From NCBI GenBank assembly GCA_040218735.1, contig JAVJQW010000022.1:139901-203900 (forward strand): DNA of 64,000 nt, written 5' to 3'. Within the stretch, counting starts at the first letter, position 1; the number at the start of each line of letters is the position of its first letter. The translations under genes were made by a program, and so were the position numbers. Of the stretch, positions 1-10,447 are shown piece by piece. Source of the stretch: Deltaproteobacteria bacterium. Its GTDB lineage: Bacteria > Myxococcota > Kuafuiibacteriia > Kuafuiibacteriales > Kuafuiibacteriaceae. Under the pieces are notes generated by a model. It was not told the origin of the DNA. It did not search any database and worked only from the letters and a program-made list of their open reading frames with translations.

Positions 1-251
1 TTGGCGTTGGTGCCGAGGCTTCGGTCGATCGTCTCGCGGTTCGTCACGGGGCCGACGACGAACGCGATGACCTCGTCGTGCTCCCCGACGATGCGCGCGC
101 TCGTCGAGTACCGCGCGGCGACGAACAGGGGCGCGACGTTCTTCTCGACGACGACGCCGTGGCGCCCGCCGACGCAGGCGAGCACCTCGGCGGCCCCCGG
201 GGCGGGACCGCCATGGTGGAACACACCACCGACATCGACCGCACCCGCCAC
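1..251 (-). CDS. N-terminal part of a gene running off the window start; possibly asparagine-synthase-like
   Basis: Not in the ORF track. Manual minus-strand translation from GTG 251: MAGAVDVGGVFHHGG...VIAFVVGPVTNRETIDRSLGTNA, with strong GC3 bias and open to base 1. The G-x-V-x-N pattern loosely resembles the AsnB GEIYN region. Divergent from rfbA. Confidence 0.4.
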   Translation of the reverse strand, partial: MAGAVDVGGVFHHGGPAPGAAEVLACVGGRHGVVVEKNVAPLFVAARYSTSARIVGEHDEVIAFVVGPVTNRETIDRSLGTNA

Positions 252-339
252 CTCGAATCGTCATGGCGCGCCGCGAAGTCCGCGTCAACGCCGGCCGCTT
301 TGACAGGCGTACGGCCCGACGCTACGCAGTCTTTCACCC

Positions 340-1242
340 ATGCGACGCAAAGGCATCATCTTGGCGGGGGGCTCCGGGACCCGCCTCCACCCCCTCACGC
401 TGGCGATGAGCAAGCAGCTCATGCCGATCTACAACAAGCCGATGATCTACTACCCGCTGTCCGTCCTGATGCTGGCGGGCATCCGGGACGTGCTGATCAT
501 CTCGACGCCGCACGACCTCCCGCACTTCAAGAACCTCCTCGGTGACGGCGCGTCGATCGGCATGCGGTTCGAGTACGCCGAGCAGCCGAAGCCCGAAGGG
601 CTGGCGCAGGCGTTCACGATCGGCGCCGACTTCCTCGACGGCGCGCCCGCCGCGCTCGTGCTCGGCGACAACGTCTTCTACGGCCACGGTCTGCAGGAGA
701 AGCTGTTCCGCGTGGCGTCCGGCGACGGCAACGCGACCGTGTTCGGCTACTACGTGAAGGACCCGGAGCGGTACGGCGTCGTGGAGTTCTCGCCCGACGG
801 GCGGGCGGTCGGCCTCGAGGAGAAGCCGGCGGAGCCGAAGTCGAACTACGCGGTCGTGGGGCTGTACTTCTACCCGGAGGACGTCGTCGAGCACGCGCGT
901 GCGCTGAAGCCGTCTAAGCGCGGTGAGCTCGAGATCACCGACCTCAACCGACGTTACCTGGAGGCCGGTCGCCTGAACGTCGAGCTGCTCGGGCGCGGCG
1001 TCGCGTGGCTCGACACGGGGACACACGCCAGCCTGTTGCAGGCGGCGACGTTCATCGAGGCGGTCGAGGAGCGGCAGTCCTTGATGATCGCGTGCATCGA
1101 AGAGGTCGCGTTCCGGATGGGCTTCATCGATCGTGAGGCGCTCGCGAAGCTGGGCGAGGCGCTCGGCAAGTCACCGTACGGTCAGTACCTGCTGCGCGTC
1201 GCGAAGGAGGAGAGCACGATGGACCTGGGGCGTCGGCCGTGA
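340..1242 (+). CDS. rfbA: Glucose-1-phosphate thymidylyltransferase
   Basis: [55 protein letters not shown] motifs; 300 aa. Confidence 0.97.
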   Translation: MRRKGIILAGGSGTRLHPLTLAMSKQLMPIYNKPMIYYPLSVLMLAGIRDVLIISTPHDLPHFKNLLGDGASIGMRFEYAEQPKPEGLAQAFTIGADFLDGAPAALVLGDNVFYGHGLQEKLFRVASGDGNATVFGYYVKDPERYGVVEFSPDGRAVGLEEKPAEPKSNYAVVGLYFYPEDVVEHARALKPSKRGELEITDLNRRYLEAGRLNVELLGRGVAWLDTGTHASLLQAATFIEAVEERQSLMIACIEEVAFRMGFIDREALAKLGEALGKSPYGQYLLRVAKEESTMDLGRRP

Positions 1243-2108
1243 AGCGCGTTGCGGTGATCGGGGCCGCCGGGCAGCTCGGCTCGGCGCTGGTGAAGGTGCT
1301 CGAAGAGCGCGGGTTGGAGCCGGTCCCGTTCACCCGCGGCGCGCTCGACGTCTGCGACCACGACGGGACGAAGGCGACGCTCGCCGAGGCGCGGCCGGAC
1401 GCGGTGATCAACACGGCGGCGTACCTCGCGGTCGACCTCGCCGAAGACGAGGTCACCCAGGCCTTCGCGGTCAACGCGATCGCGGTGAAGAACCTCGCGC
1501 TGGTGACGGCGGCGCTCGACGTCCCGCTGGTGCACGTCAGCACCGACTACGTGTTCGGCGCCGACGCCTCGCGGAGCACGCCGTACACGGAGACGGACGC
1601 GCCGGGGCCGCAGGGGGTGTACGGCAACTCGAAGCTCGCCGGGGAGTACTTCGTCCGCGAGTACGCGCCGAAGCACTACGTCGTGCGGAGCGCGGGGCTC
1701 TACGAGACGATCGGGAGCCGCAAGAAGGGCGGCAACTTCATCGAGACGATGTTGAAGCTCGCCGCCGCGGGGCGCTCGCTGAAGGTGGTCGAGGACCAGG
1801 TCCTCACGCCGACGTACACGCCGGATCTCGCGGCGGCGATCGTCGAGCTCCTGCGTACGGAGGCCTACGGGCTGTACCACGCGACGAACGGCGGAGACTG
1901 CTCGTGGTACGCGTTCGCCGGCGCGATCTTCGAGCTCGCGGGCGTCGAGGCCGACCTGTCGCCCACGACGACGGCCGAATACGGTGCGAAGGCGCCACGT
2001 CCGGCGTACTCGGTCCTCGACAACACCAAGCTGCATGCGGCCGGTGTCACGCCGCTACGGAGCTGGCGAGACGCGTTAGCTGCATATCTTTCGCGGCGAA
2101 ATGCGTGA
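1239..2108 (+). CDS. rfbD: dTDP-4-dehydrorhamnose reductase
   Basis: [43 protein letters not shown]; GTGA overlap with rfbA. Confidence 0.95.
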   Translation: MKRVAVIGAAGQLGSALVKVLEERGLEPVPFTRGALDVCDHDGTKATLAEARPDAVINTAAYLAVDLAEDEVTQAFAVNAIAVKNLALVTAALDVPLVHVSTDYVFGADASRSTPYTETDAPGPQGVYGNSKLAGEYFVREYAPKHYVVRSAGLYETIGSRKKGGNFIETMLKLAAAGRSLKVVEDQVLTPTYTPDLAAAIVELLRTEAYGLYHATNGGDCSWYAFAGAIFELAGVEADLSPTTTAEYGAKAPRPAYSVLDNTKLHAAGVTPLRSWRDALAAYLSRRNA

Positions 2109-2391
2109 TCGGTGCGTGCTGCGTAGGCACGCTTCTGGCAAAACAACTTGCGGTATTGAGTGGATTATGCTAAGTTGTATCCATTGAATAGACGGCAGGA
2201 TCAACCCATTCGATACCTCGAAAACATTTCGAAATCCTCCCAGCTCCTGCCCGGACCAACCTAGGCCCACGAGGCGCGTCCCTTCGACTTTCCCACCTCG
2301 GACGCGACCTCACGCAACACCACTCTCGAACAGACTGAACGCACTACGTGGCGCACCGCACGCGTGCGCCCTGGCCCAAGGAGGACCTATT

Positions 2392-3351
2392 TTGAGCACC
2401 GCCATCGATACCCACACCATGACCCCGCGCCTCTTCACCCACACGCTCCGTCCCGAGTGGGGCATGGGCCTCGTCGTCGCGGACGAGCCCGAGCGCCTGC
2501 GCCTGCAGTGGGAGGACGGCGAAAACCGCACCTTCGCGCGTGACTACCTGGGCCTGCTCGAGAACGTCGAGCCGGAGGCCGACGACACGGAGACCGAGCG
2601 CGTGCTCGAGAAGCTGATGCGCGCCGTCGGCGTCTCGCGGGTCCGCGCTCGCATCATGAAGCGCGGCGCGACCGACCGCCCGATGCAGCTCGACGAGCAG
2701 ATCGCCGCGTTCAAGGAGCAGTACCCGAAGGGGTTCTCGGACCCGGCGTGGCTGTCGGCCTCGCGCGGCGTCGGCGCCAAGCGTCAGCTGAAGCGTCATC
2801 GTGACCCGTCGATCGCCGACGCGCGTCGCATCTTTGCCCGCGACCGCATGAAGAGCCTCCGCGACGAAGGCAAGAGCGGCGTGCTCTGGAACGGCTTCAT
2901 CGAGGTGCTGAAGAAGACGGACCTCGCGACGATGAAGACCGACGTGAAGCCGCTGTCGGACGTCGGCGCCGCGGAGCAGGCGGTCGCCATGCGTCGCCTC
3001 TACGACTTGCTGTACGTGGACGGCTCGATGACGTCGCAGTTCAACCACTGGCTCGCGTCGATCACGTTCGGCGACAACACGCCGAGCTGGGCGCTCGCGA
3101 CGACGGTGCCGGCGCTCGTGCAGCCGGACCGCCACTTCTCGGTCCGCCCGACGAAGGTGCGTCAGCAGGCGAAGTGGATGGCGCCGAAGCTCAAGGTGGG
3201 GCGCTCTCCGATCGGCCAGACCTACCAGGAGATCGTGACGATGGCGCTCGCCGTGAAGACCTCGCTCGAGCTCGAAGAGGTCGAGCCCGCCGACCTGGTG
3301 GACGTCGCCGACTTCATGGCCGACACGCTCACCAACAAGCGCAAGAAGTGA
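2392..3351 (+). CDS. Hypothetical protein with an N-terminal HxxxPEWGxG (DUF3553-like) module
   Basis: AAGGAGG RBS at 2378-2384 before TTG 2392; host-like codon usage; 319 aa. Confidence 0.75.
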   Translation: MSTAIDTHTMTPRLFTHTLRPEWGMGLVVADEPERLRLQWEDGENRTFARDYLGLLENVEPEADDTETERVLEKLMRAVGVSRVRARIMKRGATDRPMQLDEQIAAFKEQYPKGFSDPAWLSASRGVGAKRQLKRHRDPSIADARRIFARDRMKSLRDEGKSGVLWNGFIEVLKKTDLATMKTDVKPLSDVGAAEQAVAMRRLYDLLYVDGSMTSQFNHWLASITFGDNTPSWALATTVPALVQPDRHFSVRPTKVRQQAKWMAPKLKVGRSPIGQTYQEIVTMALAVKTSLELEEVEPADLVDVADFMADTLTNKRKK

Positions 3352-3359
3352 ATCACGCT

Positions 3360-3383
3360 CGCGCGGGGCGTCCGCCCCGCGCG
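3360..3383. terminator. Hairpin between convergent genes
   Basis: Perfect 11-bp inverted repeat CGCGCGGGGCG-TC-CGCCCCGCGCG; no U-tract. Confidence 0.55.
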
Positions 3384-3698
3384 TTACTTGCTGGCGAACT
3401 TGGCCGGGTCGGCCTTGAAGTCCTCGTCGCACCCCGCACAACAGAACGCGTAGTGGCGGGCTTCGTGCTCGATCACGACGGTGTCTTCCTCGACCTCGAA
3501 CACCTCGCCGCTGACCGGGCACTTGGCCTGCGTGCCGGCCTTCGGCTTCTCGGCGAACGACGTCGGGACCGGCTGGCTCGCGGCCTTCTCCGGCTGCGCG
3601 GCCTTCTTCGCCGAGTCCGTGGTCGGCGCCGCGGCCTCCTTGCAGGCGAAGCTCATCGCGAAGACGAGGGTGAACAGCGTGGCGATCAGGATGCGCAC
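3384..3698 (-). CDS. YHS/TRASH-domain lipoprotein (metal-binding)
   Basis: Signal with lipobox SFAC; CPVSG...YAFCCAGCDEDFKADPAKF. Confidence 0.85.
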   Translation of the reverse strand: MRILIATLFTLVFAMSFACKEAAAPTTDSAKKAAQPEKAASQPVPTSFAEKPKAGTQAKCPVSGEVFEVEEDTVVIEHEARHYAFCCAGCDEDFKADPAKFASK

Positions 3699-3738
3699 GC
3701 CCCTTAACTAGCGACAACGACCCGGCGAGACAACGAAA

Positions 3739-4323
3739 TCAGGGCACGAGGGCGACGCAGGCGAGCGCGGTCATGACACCGCCGATCGCGGAGCCCAGGA
3801 GCGTCTCGAGCGGGGTGTGATTCTCGGTCCGAACGCGCGCCCACGCGACGATGGGGACGAGCACGAAGAGGGGCGCGGCGGTGAGGCCGTAGACCCACGT
3901 CGCGGAGGTCGCGACGCCCATCAGGCCGGCGCAGTGAATCGAGGGCTTCACGGTGCGGTTGAAGGCGAACAACGCGAGCGTGACCCCGAGCGCCGCCCAG
4001 CACATCGCGGTCGCGAGGGGAAAGGGGTACACCCAGGTGAAGATCGCGGCGGCGACGGCGAGCGAAATCGCCGCGACCGGGTAGAGGAAGCGCCGGTTCT
4101 CACGGCGCACCAGGTAGAGGTCGTCGCCGAGCCAGCCCAGCCGAAACGCGAGGCCCGTCGTGGCGAGCGGGAGCACCACGCAGACGCCGGTCACGAGCGC
4201 GGCGATGGACCAGAGCCGGGCCGTGAGGCCGCCTTCGTGCTCGATCGCCGCGTACAGCGCGACGAAGAACCCCGGCACGACCGGGTGGAAAACCAGCGCG
4301 AGGACGCGCGCGAAGGACCTCAC
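3739..4323 (-). CDS. Polytopic membrane protein, PAP2-superfamily-like
   Basis: About 6 hydrophobic segments; KPSIHCAG and WARV..ENHTP motifs. Confidence 0.7.
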   Translation of the reverse strand: MRSFARVLALVFHPVVPGFFVALYAAIEHEGGLTARLWSIAALVTGVCVVLPLATTGLAFRLGWLGDDLYLVRRENRRFLYPVAAISLAVAAAIFTWVYPFPLATAMCWAALGVTLALFAFNRTVKPSIHCAGLMGVATSATWVYGLTAAPLFVLVPIVAWARVRTENHTPLETLLGSAIGGVMTALACVALVP

Positions 4324-5306
4324 CGCGCCACCGCGGCGTAGACCTCACGGTGCCGCTCCGCGACGGACGCCCACGACATCGTCTCGGCGCGCGCGCGTGC
4401 GATCGCGGGGGCGATGGGGTCGGCGAGTGCGGCGTCGAGCGCGTCGAGGTGGGCGTCGAGCGCGCCCGCCGGGGCGAAGCGTGCGACGTCTTCGTCCAGG
4501 TAGGTCGAGGCGCCCGCGTACGCGGAGGTCACGACGCCCAGCCCGCAGGCGAGCGCCTGCAGGACGGTGTTGCTCGCGCTGCCGCCGCGCAGCGGGAGGA
4601 AGAGGACGCCGGCGGACTGGAAGAGCTCGAGGAGCGACGCGTCGGAGATGTCGTGGTGGCACCGCACGTGGTCGTAGCCGGCGAAGCGACGACCGACCGC
4701 TTCGGGGATCACGAGGTCGAACTCGAGGTCGGGGCGGCGCGCGACGGCGGCGAGCAGGAGGTCGAAGTCGCGCAGGTGGTTGCCCACGGTGAGCACGTGG
4801 CGGCCGCGCGCTCCGCCGGGGCGCCAGTAGTCGACGTCCACACCGAGGGTCAGCCGGAACACCCGCGGGACGCGCGACGACCAGACCGCCTCGTTGTGTT
4901 CGTCGAGGACGATCACGGCGTCGAGCTGCGACCACACGCGGGGGGAGCGCACCAGCGCGTCGAAGCGCTCGGGGGGTTGGTGGAACGTCGCGACGACCTT
5001 GTGGCGCGGATCGATTCGCCCGGTCGCGAGCAACAGATCCTCGCCGTACATCACGTGCACCACGCCGGGCGCACCCCGCGCGCGCAACGCGAGCTCGAGC
5101 TCCGCGACGAGCGAAGGCGCGCCGTACCACGCCGTCCGCGTGAACGGCTTCCACAGCCGACGCGTCGCGGCGCCGGCCACCCGCCACAGGCGCCCGGACG
5201 GCGCGGTGACGACGGCGTCGGCGTCGAGGTGCCGCACGAGCTGGTTGTACCCCGCGCGGGTCTTGTGGTGCGGCATCCGCTTCGTGACGAGGTACAGCGG
5301 CGGCAC
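4320..5306 (-). CDS. Glycosyltransferase family 4 (GT-B)
   Basis: LGVDVDYW, VG..LRDFD, SNTVLQALACGLGVVTS, SWASVAERHREVY. Confidence 0.85.
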   Translation of the reverse strand: MPPLYLVTKRMPHHKTRAGYNQLVRHLDADAVVTAPSGRLWRVAGAATRRLWKPFTRTAWYGAPSLVAELELALRARGAPGVVHVMYGEDLLLATGRIDPRHKVVATFHQPPERFDALVRSPRVWSQLDAVIVLDEHNEAVWSSRVPRVFRLTLGVDVDYWRPGGARGRHVLTVGNHLRDFDLLLAAVARRPDLEFDLVIPEAVGRRFAGYDHVRCHHDISDASLLELFQSAGVLFLPLRGGSASNTVLQALACGLGVVTSAYAGASTYLDEDVARFAPAGALDAHLDALDAALADPIAPAIARARAETMSWASVAERHREVYAAVAR

Positions 5307-5307
5307 G

Positions 5308-6435
5308 TCACGCTCCCAGCGCGCGGCGGACGGCGTCGATGATCGTGGTGCGCTCCTCCAGCGTCAGCGAAGGGCGAATCGGAAGCGCGAGCGTCTCGTG
5401 CGCGGCGCGTTCGGCGTGGACGAGATCCCCCTCGCGGTAACCGAGCGAGGCGAACACCGGCTGCAGGTGAAGCGGCGTCGGGTAGTAGATCTTCGTCTCG
5501 ATGCCCTCGGCGGTGAGCGCTTCGCGGACGCGGTCGCGCGCGGCGCCGAGGCGAACGACGTACTGGTGGTGCGCGTGACGCGCCGGCGGTGAGGGGCGCG
5601 TCGGGACGACGATCGACAGCTGAGCGAAGGCGTCGTCGTACGCGGCGGCGTTGAGCTCGCGTCGGCGTCGCTTCGAGTCGAGGTGCTCGAGCTTGACGAG
5701 GAGCGCGGCCGCCTGGAGCGCGTCGAGGCGGTGGTTGCCGCCGAGCCGTTCGTGGACGAGCCGATCCGACATCCCGTAGCTCCGGAGGCTCCGGATGCGT
5801 TCGGCGACTTCGTCGTCGTTCGTGACCACCGCGCCGCCGTCGCCCAGCGCGCCGAGGTTCTTGGTCGGGAAGAAGGAGAAGCAACCCAGCTTGCCGTGGG
5901 TGCCGACGTGGCGGCCGTCGTTGGCGATCGCGTCCACCCCCTGCGCGGCGTCCTCGACGATCCAGATCCCGCGCGGGCGCGTGAGCGCGCGGAGCCCCTC
6001 GAGGTCGGCGGCGAGGCCGAACAGGTGCACGGGGAGCACGACCTTGGTCCGCGCGGCGCGCGGGTCGTTCGCGAGGAAGTGGGCGAGGGCGTCGGGATCC
6101 AGGTTGAACGTGACGGGGTCGATGTCGACGAACGCGACCTCGGCGCCGAGCCGCGCGGCGACGCCGGCCGGGGAGTAGAACGTGTACGGCGTGGTGACGA
6201 CGACGTCGCCGGGGCCGACTTCGCGTTCGTGGAGCGCGAGGGTGAGGGCGTCGGTCCCGCTGGAGACGCCGATTGCGTGCGCGGCGCCGACGTAGCGGGC
6301 GAACGCGCCCTCGAAGGCCGACAGCGTCTCCCCCATGATGTAGCTGCCGCTGTCGATCGCGTCCTTCACCGCGGCGTGCAGCGCCTCGGCGAAGGGGGCG
6401 TGTTCGCGCGCCAGATCGACGAACGGGATCTTCAC
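5308..6435 (-). CDS. DegT/DnrJ/EryC1/StrS aminotransferase
   Basis: IPFVDL, SSGTDAL, VHLFG, EDAAQ, FSFFPTKNLGALGDGG (PLP lysine). Confidence 0.95.
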   Translation of the reverse strand: MKIPFVDLAREHAPFAEALHAAVKDAIDSGSYIMGETLSAFEGAFARYVGAAHAIGVSSGTDALTLALHEREVGPGDVVVTTPYTFYSPAGVAARLGAEVAFVDIDPVTFNLDPDALAHFLANDPRAARTKVVLPVHLFGLAADLEGLRALTRPRGIWIVEDAAQGVDAIANDGRHVGTHGKLGCFSFFPTKNLGALGDGGAVVTNDDEVAERIRSLRSYGMSDRLVHERLGGNHRLDALQAAALLVKLEHLDSKRRRRELNAAAYDDAFAQLSIVVPTRPSPPARHAHHQYVVRLGAARDRVREALTAEGIETKIYYPTPLHLQPVFASLGYREGDLVHAERAAHETLALPIRPSLTLEERTTIIDAVRRALGA

Positions 6436-7196
6436 GTCTTCTTCTTCGCTCGGGTGAGCTCGGCGTACGCCTTCACGACGTCGGGGATGTCGCCCTGCGT
6501 GACGACCTCACCGCGCTCCAGGAGGATCATCCGCGTGCAGAGGCGCTTCAGCTCCTCCATGTTGTGCGAGACGATCACCACGGTGGCGTCCTCGTCCTTC
6601 ACCATCTCCTCGATGCGGTTCACGGAGCGCTGCCGGAACGCGGCGTCGCCCACGGCGAGGGCTTCGTCGATCAGCAGGATCTCCGGCTTCACGGCGGCGG
6701 CCACCGAGAACCCGAGGCGCGCGCGCATGCCGGAGGAGTAGGTGCGCAGCGGCTGGTGGATGAACTCGTCGAGGTCGGCGAACTCCACGATCTTGTCGGC
6801 GAGCTGCTCCATCTCCTCGGGGGCGTAGCCGCTGATCGCGCCGGAGAGTTTGATGTTCTCGTAGCCGGTGAGCTCGTCGCGGAAGCCCGCGCCCAGCTCG
6901 AGGAGCGAGGAGATGCGGCCCTTCGTCTCGACGTGCCCCTTGTCGGGCTCGTAGATGCCGCACACCACGCGCAACAGCGTGCTCTTCCCCGAGCCGTTGC
7001 GACCGACGAGGCCGATCACCTCGCCGCGCTGCACTTCGAACGACACGCCGTTGAGCGCCCAGAAGTCGCGCTTGCGGTCGGGGTGGCGGCGCCCGGTGAC
7101 GAGCTCGAGGAACGCCTCCTTCACGCCGCGCGCGCGGTAGCGGACGATCGGGAAGGAGAGGTGCACGTCCTCGACGGTGATGACCGCGGTGCTCAC
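6432..7196 (-). CDS. wzt: Polysaccharide ABC exporter, ATP-binding subunit
   Basis: GRNGSGKST, YSSGMRARLGFS, ILLIDEALAVGD. True start is probably GTG 7196, overlapping the wzm stop; the track ORF to 7868 is an overextension. Confidence 0.92.
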   Translation of the reverse strand: MSTAVITVEDVHLSFPIVRYRARGVKEAFLELVTGRRHPDRKRDFWALNGVSFEVQRGEVIGLVGRNGSGKSTLLRVVCGIYEPDKGHVETKGRISSLLELGAGFRDELTGYENIKLSGAISGYAPEEMEQLADKIVEFADLDEFIHQPLRTYSSGMRARLGFSVAAAVKPEILLIDEALAVGDAAFRQRSVNRIEEMVKDEDATVVIVSHNMEELKRLCTRMILLERGEVVTQGDIPDVVKAYAELTRAKKKT

Positions 7197-7963
7197 AGGA
7201 ACTTCACCGCCTTCTTCTCGTACTTCTTGAAGTACAGCGCGCCACCGACGAACGTGAGGATCGCGATGCCCACGCCGTACGCCATGTAGAGGTCGCTGAA
7301 CGCGTACGGCTCGTTCATGACGGCGCTGCGTCCGAGCGAGATGTAGATCGACAGCGGGTTCAGCAGGTACACGCCGAGGATCTCCTCGGGCACGCGCGTG
7401 ATCGGGTAGATGAGCGGCGACCCGTAGAACAGCAGGCGCAGCGTCACGCGAATGACGTAGCCGACGTCCCGGTACAGCGCGTTCACGCAGGCCACGAAGA
7501 ACGCGATGCCCGTCGCGAACAGCGTGATGAGGAGCGCCGCGATCGGGAAGAAGATGATCCGCCACCCCGGTACCGCCTCGTAGACGAAGAGGAACGGCAC
7601 CACCGCGAACATCGACAGGCCGAACACGACGAGGTTGCTGCCGACGTGTGCGTACACGAACACTTCGCGCGGGATGTAGACGCGGCGGATGAGCGAGGCG
7701 TTCGACGTGAGCGACACCGCGCCGGCCTGCACGATGGCGCCGAAGAGGTTGTAGGGCAGGACGCCGAGGATGACGATCAGCGCGTAGCCGGGCTCGTCGA
7801 CGCGCGCGATGACGTCGAACAGGAAGTAGTAGATGCCGACGAGCGACAGCGGCTCGAGCAGCGACCACAGGTAACCGAGCAGGGTGCCGCGGTATTTGAC
7901 CTTGAGATCGCGCTTGATGAAGTTCTCGAGAACGTACTGGTTCTCTTGGATGACGCGAAGCAC
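7193..7963 (-). CDS. wzm: Polysaccharide ABC exporter, permease
   Basis: RDLKVKYRGTLLGYLWSLLEP, YRDV, PLIYP, LNPL; ABC-2 type with about 6 TM segments. Confidence 0.92.
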   Translation of the reverse strand: MLRVIQENQYVLENFIKRDLKVKYRGTLLGYLWSLLEPLSLVGIYYFLFDVIARVDEPGYALIVILGVLPYNLFGAIVQAGAVSLTSNASLIRRVYIPREVFVYAHVGSNLVVFGLSMFAVVPFLFVYEAVPGWRIIFFPIAALLITLFATGIAFFVACVNALYRDVGYVIRVTLRLLFYGSPLIYPITRVPEEILGVYLLNPLSIYISLGRSAVMNEPYAFSDLYMAYGVGIAILTFVGGALYFKKYEKKAVKFL

Positions 7964-8003
7964 CCCGGACGGCCTTTCGCGCCCCTCATGTCACGAATCT
8001 CGT

Positions 8004-8357
8004 TCAGTCGGCAAACGTTCGACGCTGCAATAGACCTCGCGCCACGAACAGCAGCGCTGCCAGCACCCCGAACACCAGCGCGAGGCCGATGTTGTGCAGG
8101 GACTCACCGACGCCGAGGAGCGTGATCGGGTACTGGTCGGGCTGCGGCAGGCGCTGGATCGCCGAGAAGGTGCGGATGACCCCGGCCGTGAATCCGAGCA
8201 GCCCCGAGATCCCGGTCGCGACGAGCGCCGCCGGGATCGCCGAGCCCACGGGGCGAGACGGGCGGACGAGCGCGCGCACGAGGAGCGCCACGGCCAAGGT
8301 TCCGAAGACGGTGGTCGGGTACATCCCCCAGCCACCGAGTTGATAGGCATCGAGCAT
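8004..8357 (-). CDS. Small 3-TM protein, MotA/TolQ/ExbB-like
   Basis: 3' part of the track ORF, from ATG 8357: MLDAYQLGGWGMYP...GLLGFTAGVIRTFSAI...GVGESLHN; 117 aa. Confidence 0.7.
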   Translation of the reverse strand: MLDAYQLGGWGMYPTTVFGTLAVALLVRALVRPSRPVGSAIPAALVATGISGLLGFTAGVIRTFSAIQRLPQPDQYPITLLGVGESLHNIGLALVFGVLAALLFVARGLLQRRTFAD

Positions 8358-8459
8358 CGATAGGTTCCCTCCTAGCGGGAGGGACAGCGGGCGAGGCGTG
8401 GCGGTTCCCCGCGCGCGACGTTTCCCGAGGCGTATGTCATACTCTTCCACCGATCCCTC

Positions 8460-10397
8460 ATGGGCAGCGGAGACAACTCCGGCCGGGACGCCGGCCGTCG
8501 TCAGGGTCGGAACACGACCTTCGAGGCGGAGGCGTACAAGTCCGACGATCTGCCCCCGATCCAGCCGTCCGATCTGATCGACCCCGAGGTGACCGGCCAC
8601 GCGATGGTCGACGAGCAGATCGACGGGTACCACCAGCCCACCGCGATGTTCGACAAGGGCGAGTTCCTGGGGGAGCTCGCGCAGATCGTGGACGGGGCGC
8701 CCGAGACCCGGGCGCGGGTGGAGGCCGAGGAGGCCCCCCCGATGGGGTGCCGGCTGATCATCGTGGCGGGGCCGGACCTCGGGATGGAGTGGGCGTTCAA
8801 GACGCCCGAGATCGTCCTGGGGCGCGACGAGGACTGCGACCTGATGATGTCGGACATCGCGGTCTCCCGGCGCCACGCGAAGCTGGCGCTGGAGGGCGAT
8901 CACTTCGTCCTGCACGACCTCGGCAGCGGGAACGGCACCTACCTGAACGGGGCGCGCATCGAGCGCGAGGAGCTGTCCCCCGGCGACGAGATCACGGTCG
9001 GCGAGCGGACCCTGCGGTTCGTGGAGCTGAACGAGGCCCCGCCCACGGCGGCGGCGCACCCGGTGCCCAAGGACCTCCCGCAGGAGCCGTCCGTCGGGGA
9101 GCCGGCGGTCGACGACGAGGGGTTCGCGCCGCTGACGGGGCGGTCGGCGGTCGCGGTCGACGCGGCGGAGCCGGCGGTGGAGGTGGCGCCGGATCTCGAC
9201 GGGGCGCCGCCGTCCGACGTCCCGGCGCCGGGCGCTGCGCTGAAGCGGTTCGTGCGGATCGGCGGCGTGGTCGTGTTGCTGCTGGCGCTCGGCCTCGGCG
9301 GCTGGCTCGCGTACGACATGTACCAAGCCGGTGAGACGGAGGCGATGGCGCTCGCGCGTGCGAAGCGCGAGTTCCTGCAGGGCATCGAGCTGGTGAAGGC
9401 GAAGCGCTGCGGTGACGCCAACGTCCTGTTCCGTCGGGTGCTCGAGGTGCGCCAAGGGTACGCGCCAGCCGAGCGCTACCTCGTGCACTGCACGAAGGAG
9501 CTGTCGCAGTGGAACGAGCTGGAGGCGGCGCGGCTGCTCGCGCAGGACGGGCAGTACGCGGAGGCGATCGAGGCGCTCGAGAAGGTCGACCCGGACAGCG
9601 TCTACTCGTCGGACGCGCAGGACCGAAAGAAGAAGTACCAGCGCGTGCTCGCGGAGCGCACCGTGATGCGGGGGCGCGACGCGCTCGATCGCGGTGACTT
9701 CGACGCGGCGGACGAGCTCGCGGACCGCGCGCTGGATCAGTTCCCGGGGCTTCGGAGCGCGCTGCTGTTGAAGCAGGAGATCGAGGAGGCGCGCGCGGGC
9801 GCGAAGCCGAAGCCGCGTCCGAAGAAGAAGTTCACGATTCCGCCGATCCTCCTGCGCGCGGTCGCCCTCTACAAAAACGCGCAGATCAGCGCGGCGATCG
9901 ACGCGGCCGAAGCGGCGGGCGGCGACGAGGCGCGCGAGTACGCGCAGCGCATGAAGGAGCTGAAGACCTTGATGACGCGGGCGCGCGAGGCGCACCGCAA
10001 CAAGGCGGCCGCGGAGCTGCTGCGCATCGCGCCGCAGGCGCTGGACCTCGACAAACGGGTGGCCGGCGGCGAGGGCAAGGTGCGGCAGCGCCTGAAGAGC
10101 TACTACGCCGACGGGCTCTACCTGAAGGGGATCGAGGCGTACCAGGGCGGCGACGACGTGAAGGCGTTTCAGCTCCTGACGGAGGCCGTTCGCGCGAAGC
10201 CCGGGCACCGACTCGCGGAGACGCGGCTCGCCGAGCTCAACGGGAAGGCGCGGCAGATCTTCTGGGACGGGTACGTGCTGAAGGACTCCGATCCCGCGAA
10301 GACGCGACGGATCTTCTTGCGCCTCACGAGGATGACGCGCGCGTCGAACGAGTGGCACAAACGCGCGAAGCGCTGGTTGGCCGCGAATCCCGGATAG
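8460..10397 (+). CDS. FHA-TM-TPR protein
   Basis: FHA motifs LGR..DCD..SD..VSRRHA..DLGSGNGTYLNG; Pro-rich linker; single TM; helical TPR-like C-terminal region. Confidence 0.88.
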   Translation: MGSGDNSGRDAGRRQGRNTTFEAEAYKSDDLPPIQPSDLIDPEVTGHAMVDEQIDGYHQPTAMFDKGEFLGELAQIVDGAPETRARVEAEEAPPMGCRLIIVAGPDLGMEWAFKTPEIVLGRDEDCDLMMSDIAVSRRHAKLALEGDHFVLHDLGSGNGTYLNGARIEREELSPGDEITVGERTLRFVELNEAPPTAAAHPVPKDLPQEPSVGEPAVDDEGFAPLTGRSAVAVDAAEPAVEVAPDLDGAPPSDVPAPGAALKRFVRIGGVVVLLLALGLGGWLAYDMYQAGETEAMALARAKREFLQGIELVKAKRCGDANVLFRRVLEVRQGYAPAERYLVHCTKELSQWNELEAARLLAQDGQYAEAIEALEKVDPDSVYSSDAQDRKKKYQRVLAERTVMRGRDALDRGDFDAADELADRALDQFPGLRSALLLKQEIEEARAGAKPKPRPKKKFTIPPILLRAVALYKNAQISAAIDAAEAAGGDEAREYAQRMKELKTLMTRAREAHRNKAAAELLRIAPQALDLDKRVAGGEGKVRQRLKSYYADGLYLKGIEAYQGGDDVKAFQLLTEAVRAKPGHRLAETRLAELNGKARQIFWDGYVLKDSDPAKTRRIFLRLTRMTRASNEWHKRAKRWLAANPG

Positions 10398-10447
10398 CGT
10401 CGGTTCGCTTTGCCGCGGTCGAGCGCATGGGTTAGGACTCCGCGTCC

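Noticed and set aside
340-2108. Incomplete rhamnose pathway (no rfbB/rfbC)
   Set aside because: Split rml loci are common and the genes may lie outside the window.
2110-2240. AT-rich intergenic patch as a defined sigma70 promoter or ncRNA
   Set aside because: Probably regulatory, but I found no correctly spaced -35/-10 pair or convincing structure.
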